From Eledone cirrhosa (taxonomy: Eukaryota), in the NCBI GenBank assembly GCA_964016885.1, contig OZ024740.1:320974001-321038000 (forward strand): DNA of 64,000 bases, given 5' to 3'. This document shows, piece by piece, positions 37,476 to 53,997 of this stretch (its first letter is position 1; each line of letters begins with the position of its first letter). A model generated the notes under the pieces. That model saw only the letters and a list, made by a program, of their open reading frames with translations. It searched no databases and was not told where the DNA came from. A program made the position numbers and the translations under genes.

Positions 37476-38008
37476 GGGTAGGTGGAAAGAAACTCCCTAT
37501 TGAAGATTATAACTTTTGGCCTACTGTAACCACTTGGGACAACATCAATGACCTCATATTCATACAAGATGGGGCCCCTCCTTATTTTCCGTGCACTGTT
37601 CGTGAGTGACTTACTTGATGTCCAATTTCCAGGACATTGGCTGGGTTGTCGAGGTCTACAAGAATGGTCAGCAAGAAACCCTGACTTAATGCCATGCAAT
37701 TTTTTCCCGTGAGGATAGGCGAAGGAAGAAGTTTATAGCTCACAACCTAAAACACTGTCTCGATAGGAAGAACACATTCATCATGTACTGACCACCATAC
37801 CACTTGAGTTCCTGATGAAGTCTGTCAAAGATATACCCAGACGATTACAGACACTGGTGGACAACACTTGTGTCTATGTAGGATTTTAACACTGAACTGC
37901 TCTTCTACCATTATACTATTCAAAATGAAACATGTTTTATGAAAATCAACCAATAAATGATAAAGTTATCAACAATTTAAAATAAGGAGTTTCTTACCAC
38001 CCATCCTG
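37474..38008 (+). mobile_element. Internally deleted Tc1/mariner element
   Basis: ~28-bp imperfect TIRs (cagggtaggtggaaagaaactccctatt and aataaggagtttcttaccacccatcctg|TA). Internal transposase remnants IFIQDGAPPYF and WSARNPDLMPCNFF. Confidence 0.85.
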
Positions 38009-38250
38009 TATATATATACACTTGTAGATAAGTTGAACCTCAATTTTACTTACAACATTTGCAATGTACCACATATTTTGAATTGAGGTTTTATAGGTCC
38101 AGTACATAAGTCATGCTATTTCCATTGAAAATGTTGTGAATTATACTCATATCTGCAGTATTAGATTATACAAATTTCATTAAAGATATATTTTAACAAT
38201 TATAAATATTATGATGGTTTCATGTGTAAAACGTTTTGTATTTTCTTTAG

Positions 38251-38382
38251 GCTCCTGAAGTAATAAGAATGAAAGATGAAAACCCTTACACATTCCAATC
38301 TGATGTGTATGCCTATGGTATTGTCTGCTTTGAGTTGATGACCAGCTCACTGCCATACTCTCACATCAACAACAAGGACCAG
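38251..38382 (+). CDS. BRAF: Raf kinase exon (APE, alphaF)
   Basis: Acceptor ttttctttag, donor GTAAGA; 132 nt. Encodes [44 protein letters not shown]. Confidence 0.97.
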
Positions 38383-38674
38383 GTAAGATAAACCTTTTTT
38401 TCAATCAACCTATAGAACAGCAGTTACCAACCTGGGACCTATGAGCTAAGCTCATGAGTTTGAGTATGTTAAAAACATAATATACACATGCTATTAAGTA
38501 TCCAATTTAAGGATAAATATTTCTCTATTCCAATTGTTATTTTCACTATTAACGATCTGGGAGGGAAGTAATTGCACTGGGGGTTCGTAGAAAATTTGTT
38601 TAAATTAAAGGGGTTCTTAGTAGTAAAATGTTTGGGAACCATTAGTGTAAAATGTTCATTATAATAATGATAAT

Positions 38675-39096
38675 GAAGGCGCATGGCGTAGTGGTTAGAG
38701 CATTGGGCTTGTAATCGAAAGGTTGTGAGTTCAATACTCGGACTGGGTGATGTGTTGTTTCCTTGAGCAAGACACTTTATTTCACATTGCTCCAGTTTAC
38801 TCAGCTGTAGAAATGAGATGATAGAACTGGTGTGGAGATGCCACGGCAAAAAAACACCCAGCCCACACTGTAAAGTGGACGTGTAGGCGCCACGGAAAAA
38901 AAGCACCCAGCACTCACTATAAATGAGGTTGGTGTTAGGAAGGGATTCCAGCTGTAGAAATCAAGCCAGAATCAGTTCCCATATGAGCAAGACAAGGTCA
39001 GCCGACCGGACACTGCCCACAACAGGACAGCCCATCTAACCCATGCTAGCGTGGAACAACGGACGTAAAATGGTGGTGGTGATGATGATGATGATG
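38675..39096 (+). mobile_element. Apparently full-length SINE: tRNA head, CORE-like domain and RTE-like 3' tail
   Basis: A box TGGCGTAGTGG, B box GAGTTCAATAC, TCCTTGAGCAAGACACTT, then ggttggtgttaggaaggg...cccatgctagcgtggaa..ggacgt(GAT)n shared with the RTE 3' UTRs. Confidence 0.8.
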
Positions 39097-39626
39097 AAAA
39101 TGAAAATCATTGTGTACAGTGCTCAGGTGCACTACAACTCATCAAAGGTGCATGTATAATACATAGAATGTATGAAATGAAACTTTTTGTGTTGCACATT
39201 TGAAATTTAACCCTTTTGTGACTATTTTTCTAATGTAATACATTTAAATTAATGAAGAATTTTGCAGAATTTATTAAGATTATTAATTATTTCATTACTC
39301 AGATTGTAATTTAACACGTAGTTCTTATATAAAATTATGTTTAGAAGCTTTTAATTTAAATAGGTGGTTTTGTTTCCTAGAGCCAGTTTTAGCTGCGTTG
39401 GTGTCAAAAGGGTTTACTGTAAATTTTATTTAAATTTCCTTTGGTGAATCATTATCTTTATGTGAAATATCTTCAATACAATATAAAACAGCCATTCTTA
39501 AACAGATTGGCACACACTAAAGAAACCCTTACATATATATTGTTTAACCTCTTGTAGAAACTATATTTGTACTGTATTATTAAGATGTTCACAATTCTTT
39601 TAAAAACCATTTCTCATCCATTTCAG

Positions 39627-39761
39627 ATCCTCTTCATGGTTGGTAAAGGCCATATACGTCCTGACCCCAGTAAGTCCAGATCAGATACACCCAAAGCTTT
39701 CAAACGTTTGATGATGGAGTGCTGTAAATATGATCGAAATGAAAGACCTCTATTTCCACAG
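39627..39761 (+). CDS. BRAF: Raf kinase exon (C-lobe)
   Basis: Acceptor catttcag, donor GTAAAC; 135 nt. Encodes [45 protein letters not shown]. Confidence 0.97.
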
Positions 39762-39957
39762 GTAAACAAGGAAGGATTTTTACTATGAATTAAGTTTTGA
39801 AAGTCTCATGAAAGATATACTGTTATATACATAAGTTATATATACAGGTATTATGATGTATACATAAGTTATGTACACATGTATTAGGCTATATGTGTAG
39901 GTTACACAGTTATGGTGTATGTCAGTTATATATACGTAGGCTGTGTAATAATAATAA

Positions 39958-40318
39958 TTGTTTCTACTTTTGGCACAAGACCAGCAATAACCCAGTACAT
40001 TACTGGTACTTTATTTTATCGACCCCGTAAGGATGAAAGGCAAAGTTAACCTTTGCAGGATTTGAACTCAGATCGTAAAGGGACGTAACTCTTTGCGTCA
40101 AAGCATGTCGTCCGATAATAATGTGTAATAATTGTTTCTACTTTTGGCACAAGGCCATCAATTACTCAGTACATTACTGGTACTTTATTTTATCAACCCC
40201 GTTAGGATGAAAGGCAAAATTAACCTCGGCGGGATTTGAACTCAGATCATAAAGGGCCATAACTCTTTGCTGCAAAGCATGGCGTCAGACCCTCTACCGA
40301 TACAGCCAATCCACCGCC
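39958..40318 (-). mobile_element. Two tandem copies of the Meta-like tRNA SINE
   Basis: 39958-40112 and 40131-40318 are reverse complements of the 6838 element. Confidence 0.75.
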
Positions 40319-41733
40319 CTAATGTGTAATAATAATAATAATGTACAATGTTCAGGTGCACTACAACTCATCAAAGGTGCATGTATACTACATAGAATAA
40401 TGTACAAATGTTAGGAAAGTGAACAGTGTATGAGTCATGATATACATAGTCATATGCATGTGTGTGTATGGAGGGGGGAATATCAGGTGTAGTGTTGGCG
40501 AATTTCGGGAAGCATGGAAGTTTTGAAGGATGCAGGTAGTTTGTATACACAAGTATTATGATACATATGTAGGTTATATACACAGGTGTTATAATATATG
40601 CATCAGTTATATAGACAGGTATTATAATCATATAATATTGACACTTCCTTATTACTGTATTTCTATTCAGTTTTAAGGTTGAATCACTCCCAAGTCTATT
40701 GGTTACCTGTTAGAACTCTTACAATTCCTCAGTCATATTATAAACGTAATGTCAGGACTATTATTCACAAATTTAGAAAAACAATTCTTGACATGTCAGA
40801 ATGTAGAAAAATATTAATTGTTGTGAGAAAGTATCAATACTCAAGACTTTATTTCATTTCCCTCATTGATGTTCATTGAACTATCAAATTATTTACACCT
40901 GCCTGTTCCTCTTAACCAATAATAATCAGTCTTCAAATACTCTGTTCTTTTAACTATTAGGCGTAAATATATGAAATCTTTGCTTGTGTTGCTGTCGTGA
41001 TAAAATACACTCAGTACACTCTGTAAAGTGGCTGGCAATATAAGGTAGAGGGGAGATGTTAATTTTGTTAAGTACATAACAATCTCTTTGGTGTTGGTAC
41101 CATGATAAAATATGCTCAGTATTCTCTGATGAATGGTTGGTGTGAGGAAGAGCATCCAAGAAGAGAAATCTTGCTAAAATTGGAACATACAAACAAGATG
41201 TGGTTTTCCAACTTTTTTAGAAAGGTAATAATTCTAACTTAAGAAGTAATTAGAACCTTGACAACCTGTCCACTTCAATTGTGATTGAAAGAGGAATCAT
41301 ATCAACCTGGTTTTATGAAAATATATAGTAAATGTAGTGTGGATTAAAGGCAAATTAGCAGATTCATTTCTGCTGCCATGGTCAACTGTACCTTTCATGC
41401 TGATAAATTATCAGCCCAGTACTGGAATCAATTTTTATTCTATATTTTCTAACTTCCTCTCCCAAATTTAAATGCCCCAAGACACGTTACATCTCATGAC
41501 AGCGACCCTGTGACTCCATCAGGAGTTAGAGGCCAATGATAATGATAATGATGATTGTGGATTAGCTGATCTATAAATATTTCATTGATTATTTTCACGA
41601 CCTAAGTTTGTTTAATCAAAGCAGTTTACAACTGGAATTAGGTTTTAGTGTAATGGAATTCTTTCTAAAATATATTCTAGATTGAGTTTTTTTACTTTCA
41701 TATTAAATTAGTGTGTTTATTCCTTCATTTCAG

Positions 41734-41913
41734 ATATTGTCATCAATTGAATCTCTGAAGAGGTCCCTACAAAGACTACAGAAAAGTCACTCAGAACCTA
41801 CGTTGCGGCCGCAGTCATCAGATGACTTGGACCTATTTAATGTATTTTCCTCACCTAAAACTCCTGTCAACTGCCAGTATGCACAGTTCACATTCTATGA
41901 TTTAGATACCTGA
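41734..41913 (+). CDS. BRAF: Raf terminal coding exon
   Basis: Acceptor cttcatttcag; TGA ends at 41913. Encodes ILSSIESLKRSLQRLQKSHSEPTL (C-terminal 14-3-3 site) and SPKTP (ERK feedback site). Confidence 0.96.
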   Translation: MLSSIESLKRSLQRLQKSHSEPTLRPQSSDDLDLFNVFSSPKTPVNCQYAQFTFYDLDT

Positions 41914-42510
41914 GAAGGTAACAATGATGTCAACAGTTTCGGGTGATGGATTTTCTCCAGTAAGATCGAAGAAGAAAAAAAAAATTTAGGTAAAAGATGA
42001 GGAGAGAAAATATAATTTTCTTTTTTTCTTCTATTTTTTTTTTTATATAAAGGAACAATTTTAAGTTTAACCTTCATTCCTAACACTTCTACTGCTGTCA
42101 AAGCGTTCCAGTGAAAACTACAATGATGATGATAATTATATAAGCAATGAGGGAACTTAGGTTTCTGTGAAGAACAGTACCGTGTCTTTCTTTACTTGGA
42201 AGTGAAGATCCAATGGATATTGCATGGATTTCTGGAATTCCAATATTTCTGGCTGTACTATATTGTGTTTTTTTTTTTGTTTTTGTTTTTCTCCCCCTGT
42301 ATATAATCTTGGTTGGTCAGAGAAAATATCAGCAACAGCAGCAATGTCGATTATTTGTGTATTAGCTGTTATACTTGCTGCTAAATATGGCTACAAGGGT
42401 AAAGAAAAAAAAAACTATGTTACTGGTTTAAAAGATGAGTAAGAAAGAAGGACACACATGAGTTGTGTTGACGAGAAAAAAATTGCTGTTTTAAACTGAT
42501 ATATTTCTCT

Positions 42511-43203
42511 TTGATAGTATAGAGGTCTCTATAATACATCACTGGTTCTATTGATAGTATAGGGGGCTCTATAATACATCACTGGTTCTATTGATAGTAT
42601 AGAGGGCTCTGTGGTACATCACTGGTTCTATTGACAGTATATTGGGCCCTATAATATATCACTGGTTCTATTGATAGTATAGGGGGCTCTATGGTACATC
42701 ACTGGTTCTATTGATAGTATATTAGACCTTATAATATATCACTGGTTCTATTGATAGTATAGAGAACCCTATAATACATCACTGGTTCTATTGATGTTAT
42801 AGGGGGCTCTATGGTACATCACTGGTTCTATTGATAGTATAGGGGGCTCTATGGTACATCACTGGTTCTATTGATAGTATAGGGGGGCTCTATGGTACAT
42901 CACTGGTTCTATTGATGGTATAGGGGGCTCTATGGTACATCACTGGTTCTATTAATGGTATAGAAGGCTCTTGGTACATCATTGGTTCTATTGATAGTAT
43001 AGGGGGCCCTGTGGTACATCACTGGTTCTATTGATAGTATATTAGGCCCTATTATATATATCACTGGTTCTATTGATAGTATAGGGGGCTCTATGGTACA
43101 TCACTGGTTCTATTGATAGTATAGAGGGCTCTATGGTACATCACTGGTTCTATTGATGGTATAGGGAGCCCTATGGTACATCACTGGTTCTATTGATGGT
43201 ATA
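42511..43203 (+). repeat. 40-bp minisatellite (~17 copies), probably in the Raf 3' UTR
   Basis: Unit TTGATAGTATAGGGGGCTCTATGGTACATCACTGGTTCTA. Confidence 0.95.
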
Positions 43204-43569
43204 CAGCTAATGATGAGTACAAGTTATTCATCAACAAATACATTTAAATGCCATGAATTCACATTAATTTCTTTGTGTCGGTCTTTGCCATTCTCTCTCG
43301 TCCATTTCCACTTTATAACATTATTCTAACTTACTAAAACATTGGTGCCATTTCCACTTGATTGCTAAAGATATTTTTTCAATGTTACTATATATGTATA
43401 GTTGTGTGTGTGTAGTGTGGGTCGTGTGTGTGTGTATATACTCAAATTGGAGGCGGAATGAGATGATACAAACAAGCAATATCCAATCTTAGCCATCTCT
43501 TCTGGATGCCGGCACCCAAAGGATGTCTTGGTTTTTGGTATATTAAGTATGGTAACTGTAACATCTACA

Positions 43570-43601
<32 letters not shown>

Positions 43602-44075
43602 ATACAGATACATATATATATATACACACACATATATATATATATATATACACATATATATTTGTGTGCGTGTGTATGTGTGTGAAGAGAGAATGAAAGG
43701 AAAGGAGATATCAGTAAAATGATTTGTCCGTAGATTTAAGATATCCTGTGCCTTTTTAATCTGGTGAATTTTAATCTCAGCTTCCTCTCCACCTATATTT
43801 ACTCTTATTGATTCTTTTTACTTCCCATTTTCCAGCTTCATGTCTTTTTGACAGGTTCTATTGGAGTTTTAACAACTGTTTTTTGGTCCCCCTATAGCTG
43901 CTAGTCTAGTTTGAGTTCTTTGTTTGTTTCTTAGTTGTTTTTGTTTTTAATCTTCTAACTGAAATATTCACTTGATAATACAATTCATTCTCTGGCTCAT
44001 ACATTAACACATGTTCTTACTCCTTTAAAGGTGTTCCCAGATAGAAAACTATTTCATCCCGATTCTTATAGCTCC

Positions 44076-44114
<39 letters not shown>

Positions 44115-44181
44115 CCGTCTGTCACTTTATTGCTCCATGTATTATATAGATATATGGTTCTATATTATAGCTCCACATATA

Positions 44182-44238
<57 letters not shown>

Positions 44239-46945
44239 ATTGTGTTGCCAGTGTTAAAACGTCCTTGTATCTGCTGACGAATAATTTCAGTTGCATCATG
44301 GTTCTATTCAAGTGACTTCTCTCTGTAAGTGCCATGTATAAATCTTGCCCCAAATATCCATAATCCCTGCCCCTTAGCTCTAGGGGCTTATTTTTATATA
44401 GAAAGCAGGGTTGGAAGCTAATTTTAAATTTTGTTTGATTTTTTTTTTTTTCTTTTTTTTTTCAAAATCGAAATTATAATTTTAAAAATTGGAGAAAAAA
44501 ATGTAATCAATTTTAACAGGAAATTTACTAATTGTTGGTGCTATGCGACCAAATTATTTACATTGCTGCAATATTCTTAGGGTATGAAATTCATTGTTAG
44601 TATATTTTGTTATGCTATAGCAGTTTATATTTAACTTAGTCTGCGAACTCTCATTAAGACTTCCAACAAGTTACAAACATCACTATTAAATCCCTGTTGA
44701 AATTTAAAAAGAAAAAAAAAATTTTAAATAGTTGATATTCATTCTTCTTGTATCCACGCCATGTCAGTCGATGGTTTCCTTTTCTTTTTGCACCTTTTGT
44801 AGAATTTTCTTTCACTAAATTAATATTTCTATTTAAATAAATTTGTGTGTGTGAAGCCTATACAATTATACATATATACGTGTGTATATGTGTGTATGTA
44901 TGTGTGTGTGTATATATATATATATATCCATATTGTGGTTACCGTTTGTCATAAATGATAAACAATGAACTCATAGTCTGCCAGTTGCTGTAACATTCTT
45001 ATCATATGTGGACAGCATAAGCAGATTTGTTCCAAACTTGTGATATGAAGTAAACCAATAACAATGTACATAATAATCTATACAATTAGTTTTATTTTCA
45101 TTTAACTTACTTTAAATCTGAATATTGTTTTCATAGAAGATAAACATTGTTCTGCATCTAAATATATATTTCTTCCTAATTAAAAAATCATTTTGTTACA
45201 AGAATATTTTTTTTAATTAGTATTATAAGCTATTATTTGACTGCTATTTCTAGCAGACTGAGCAACGAGTTAGAAGCAGTAAATCTAATCTTACGTCCCT
45301 TGAAATAATGGCTATTCCTTTACATTATCTCCCTGGAGTATTTTATTGTTGGAGACAATAAAAACTCTTGAAGGTATTTAAATAAACAGGAAGAGAGAAA
45401 AGATGGGAGAGGGATGAGGCAAAGTTTACACCCTTGATTAGACAGTACATCTCAGCTGCGCCTCACAGACAATTTTGTCATCAGCCATTCTCCCTCATAG
45501 GGCCTCTTTCTCAGGCGTGATGCTCTCCCGAGGAAAACAGCAGCCCAGGGATCGAGGACATTAGAGGACTTAATGGTAACCGGTACAAAAAGGAAGCAGT
45601 CTGTCAAAGCCTATATAAGAAACATAGAATTAAGACCCTCTCCTTTCCCCATCCCTGTTTTGTCCCAGTTTATGATAGTAAACTTTGAGTTGGTGATGAA
45701 GTAATTTTAAATGTTGCTTTATATATCTGTAAGATCTCTAGTTTGATTGATTCTATTATTTTTATTATTATTGTTTAACTGCAAGGATTGTGGATTGACA
45801 GAATCATTAGATTGTTGAACAAAATGCTTTAAAGTATTTAGTTACAGTCCTCTATGTTTTGAATGCAAATGTCACCGAGATCAACTTTGCTTTTCATCTT
45901 ACTGGGGAGTTGATAAAATAAAGTACCAATCAAGTACTGAAGTCAATATTAGGTTCACAACATATATTTTAAAAGAAGTATTTTCTAAGATTAAATTGAA
46001 AGTTCCTTTTATTGTGTCTTGAAAAAAAAATGTTACCTGCTTCAACTTTTTTCTTCTAAATTAAGAATTTTAAAATTAGTTTTAAATTAGACATTTTCTG
46101 CTAGCAACATTAGCTTAAGACCATTTTCTGTGGTAGATATTTAGTAATGATGGTTATTACTTTCTTAAAAATTCCTCCTTTAAAAAATTCTTCAGCTTGC
46201 TCCTCCCTTTAAAAATTGTGCAGTTCTTCTCCCTTTCTAATATTTTTAAAGCTGATACTAAACTTTTAATCCCCTCCACATACACTCTCTCTCTCTGTTA
46301 TATAAAACCTCTTTCTCTCTTTAACTCTTCAAATATTGTTGCTTTGAATTCAGGTTTTAATTCTTATTTGTGAGAGTTCTAGTTTGCTACAGTTATTTCC
46401 AAATATTGTTGGTTTCGTGTAATCTTCTCTCACCTGCCATTATCAGTGAAATGGGTGATGAATCAGTCTTGCATGTTGGCACCACCCCTCTCCCCATAAT
46501 ATCTCCCACCCCACACATTGTGCTCATTCAGTTCTAGTGCCAGATGTTGCCAGCCCTGAAAGTGATGCTATGGAGTTCCTGCTCTTGCTTGCTGTCTCTC
46601 CCTCTCCCTTCTTATTATTAACAAACATCTAAGGACCCATTATATTGATGAAACAGAGGAGAAAAATATATGATGCATGTTAGAACATGGATGTGTGGTG
46701 CATGCATGAATGTGTGTATGCCAAGAAGTGGAGGAAAATGATCTTTTCTTCTGTCCTGTGCATCCTAACTCTGACTAAAATACTCTGCAAAGGAAAAATG
46801 GACATGTTTTTTAAAAAAAAATACTTTTAAAAAAAAAAGAAGAAAAAAAAGGAAAATGCAAGAAACATTTAAAAAAACAGAAAAAATCAGAAAAATGAAG
46901 ACCCTTAAATATATATATATGATATATATAACTGAGGACTGATGA

Positions 46946-50588
<3,643 letters not shown>

Positions 50589-50917
50589 TGAGGACTGATG
50601 AAATATACTATTTATATCAACTTCATGACAGGATGTGTCATTTTATATATTTCACATAAGTTGTAAAGATGTTAAAATGAAGTTCTGTAAAACTCTGTTG
50701 TGTTCGTTTTCTTTTTTACTTCAATCTAATCTCTTGTACAGTTCTGCAAATTGGCGGAGTTGTTAGAACACTTTATGGTATTTATTCCAGCTCTCTGAGT
50801 TCAAATCCCACGGTGATCATCTTTGCCTTTCATCCTTTCTGGGTCGATAAAAAATAAAAGTACCTATCTCTTATGCTGGGGTTGATTCTTCCTCTCTCTC
50901 ACTCATAATTTTGAGAT

Positions 50918-50963
50918 AGTGTCCGTGCTGTTTGCTCTGATCAGAGCAAACAGCACGGACACT
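50918..50963. repeat. Perfect 46-bp spacer-less palindrome
   Basis: agtgtccgtgctgtttgctctga|tcagagcaaacagcacggacact. Confidence 0.95.
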
Positions 50964-51579
50964 CTATCTAAAGTGTTCGCATTGGTGTCACAACAAAACC
51001 ACCCAGTACACACTGTAAAATGGTCGTGTAGGTGACATAACAAAAAGCACCCAGCCAACACTGTAAAGTGGTCGTGTAGGTGTCACCATAAAAAGCACCC
51101 AGCCAACACTGTAAAGTGGTCTTGTAGGTGACACGGAAAAAAGCACCTAGCTTACGCTGTTAAGTAGTCATGTAGGCATCACAACAAAAAAGCACCTAAT
51201 ACTGTAAATGTGGTTGGCATTAAGAAGGGCATTGAGCTGTAAAAAGTAGAAACCAAGCCAAAATTAGTTCTGATGAGGAAGATATGATCACCTAGCCTGG
51301 CTTATCTCACAACAGGACAACTCGTCTAACCGATGCTAGCGTGGAAAAATGGATGTTACAGTGATGGTGATGATGCTGATGTTCCAACCTGTTGAGGTGG
51401 GTGCCCAAAACATGCCCTATGTCATGACTGTACTCGCCATCAAGAGATATTAGTGTACACATACAATGTCTTGTACCAGTTCCAACTTCATGTAACTCCA
51501 AACATGAGATACAATATTGTAAATTGTAATTATTGATATTGTTACATAGAGCAGATCTCTAGCTATACAAGAGCTGTGT

Positions 51580-52503
51580 TGGGGTCACTAGAGGTCAGTG
51601 ACTCTACAGAAGCCTCTGTTGGTGATCACTGGTAGTCAGTGACTATATTTTGTAGATGTACACTAGAGGTCAGTGACTCTACAGATGTACTGAAGGTCCT
51701 CTGGCTCTGCAGGTGTGTTGGTGGTCACTGGAGGTCCACTGGTTCTACAGATGCTATGTTGGTGGTCACTGAATGTGAGTGACTTTACAGGAGCTGTGTG
51801 GGAGTCACTAGAAGTCAGTGATTCTACAAAGGCTGCTGTTGGTGATCACTGTAGGTCAGTGACTATAGATATGTTTGGTCACTGGAAGTTGTGTCAGTGG
51901 TCACAAGAGGTCATGGCTCTACACGTTTGTGTTCACTAGAAGTCCAGTGTGTCTACAGATGTGTTGGTAGTCACTGGATGTCCAGTGGTTCTACAGATGC
52001 TATGTTGGTGGTCACTGGAGGTCCAATGACTCTACAGATGTGTTGGTAGTCACTGGATGTCCAGTGGGTCTTCAAATGCTGTGTTGGTGTTGCTGGAGGT
52101 CCAGTGAGTCTACAGATGTGTTGGTGGTTACTGGAGGTCAAGTGGGTTTACAGATACTATGTTGGGTTGTGTTGGTCACTGGGCATTTAGTGGTTCTACA
52201 GATGTGTTGGTGATCCAGGCGGTCTTCAGATGTTGAGTTGGTGTCACTTAAGATCCAGTGACTCTACAGATGTGTTGATGGTCACTTGAAGTCCAGTGAC
52301 TTTACAGGAGCTGTGTTGTTTGTCACTGGACATTCAGTGGGTCTACAGATGTGTTGGAAGTTCAGAGATTCTACAGATGTGTTGGTGGTCACTAGAAGTC
52401 AGAGGTTCTATAGATATGTTGGTGATCACTGGAAGTTCAGTAATTCTACAGATGTTGTGTTAATAGTCCCGTTGGTCTTCAGATGCTGTGTTGGTGGTCA
52501 CTG
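51580..52503 (+). repeat. Degenerate ~38-41-bp minisatellite
   Basis: Unit ~TCTACAGATGTGTTGGTGGTCACTGGAGGTCCAGTGAC; a related short patch lies at 56930-57010. Confidence 0.9.
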
Positions 52504-53091
52504 AGAAAGGAAAACGACTCAATGTCATTGGTAATGACTATTTCTATAATCCTTGGACGTGAACACAATCATTTGATAGTTGGCAAGGTCACAGTAATGG
52601 TCCTTTTTGTGGGAGGAAGATGCAACTCTATTACAGGTTTCCAAAGGTTGGAATAGAAAGATGAGATATATGGATTTGGAGTGTAGTGTTTGAAGTTAAT
52701 GAAAAGAACCTTATTGAGGCTGGCAGTTGTATTGGTTTGAAGTAACCAAAGATGTGGCATTTGATGTGTGTGTGTGTATGTATATATATATATATATATA
52801 TCAAATGTTTTTCATAAACATCCTGTATGCAATATGTACATGTGTGTAACGCTATGTTGGAGCACCTATATTAAATATATATATATTTTAAAGAGTTTAG
52901 TTGAGTTGATAATACAACCATATATAAAGGCAGAGAACATTTTATAGTCCACAACAAGATAGTATTTAATCAATTCTGATGAGATCATTATAACAGGAAT
53001 GGAAGAGTCAAGTTATTTTAAGGGAACAATGGTAAATCAATTAAATGATTTGATTTAAGTTTTTGTTAATCCTTATGCTTTTGTATATATA

Positions 53092-53435
53092 TCATCATCA
53101 TCATCATCATCATTTAACGTCTATCTTCCACACTATCATGGGTTTAGACGGGAATTGTTCCACTCGAGGCAAGATTGGTCGAGTGACCGTGTCTCGTTCG
53201 TATAGGACTGTCTGGCAGGTTTTCTAGGGCTGGATGCCATTCCTAGCACTAACCGCATTTACAGTGTGGACTGGGAGGTTTTTACTGTGTTACCTACACA
53301 GCCACATTACAGCATGGATTGTGTTTTTTTGTCGTGACACGTACACAACCTCATTTATTTTGGACTGGATGTTTTGGTACCAATATAACTTTACAGAGAA
53401 AGGGTGGTGGAGTAGGGGTAGTGGGATGGGGTGTG

Positions 53436-53474
<39 letters not shown>

Positions 53475-53960
53475 CCTGGGACGATTTGATAATTCTGACC
53501 TCACACACTTACACCTCTCCTAGACAATGTCACTGGACCGAGATCTTTGGCGCTACGCAATAATACAAGGCCCGCCTTGCCTATGTACAAAGCGAAACCT
53601 ACTCAGTAGGCACCTCTTAACCAAATATACACCCCCATCCCACTACTCCACCCCACCCCCATCAACACCACCCCTTTCTCTGTAAAGTTATGTTGGTACC
53701 ACAACATCAAGTCCTAAATAAATGAGGTTGTGTAGGTGTCATGACAAAAAAACACAGTCCATGCTGTAATGTGGCCGTGTAGGTAACACGGTAAAAATCT
53801 CCCAGTCCACACTAAACGTGGTTGGTGTTAGGAAGGGCATCCAACTGTAGAAAACCTGCCAGACAGTCCTATACAAGCGAGACGACCAATCTTGCCTCAT
53901 GTGGGACAATTCCCGTCTAAACCCATGCTAGTGTGAAAGATAGACGTTAAACGATGATGA

Positions 53961-53963
<3 letters not shown>
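53092..53963. mobile_element. Two RTE 3' ends in inverted orientation, separated by (TA)n
   Basis: 53092-53438 (- strand) and 53472-53963 (+ strand); each ends in a (GAT)n tail and matches 26240-26724. Confidence 0.9.
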
Positions 53964-53997
<34 letters not shown>

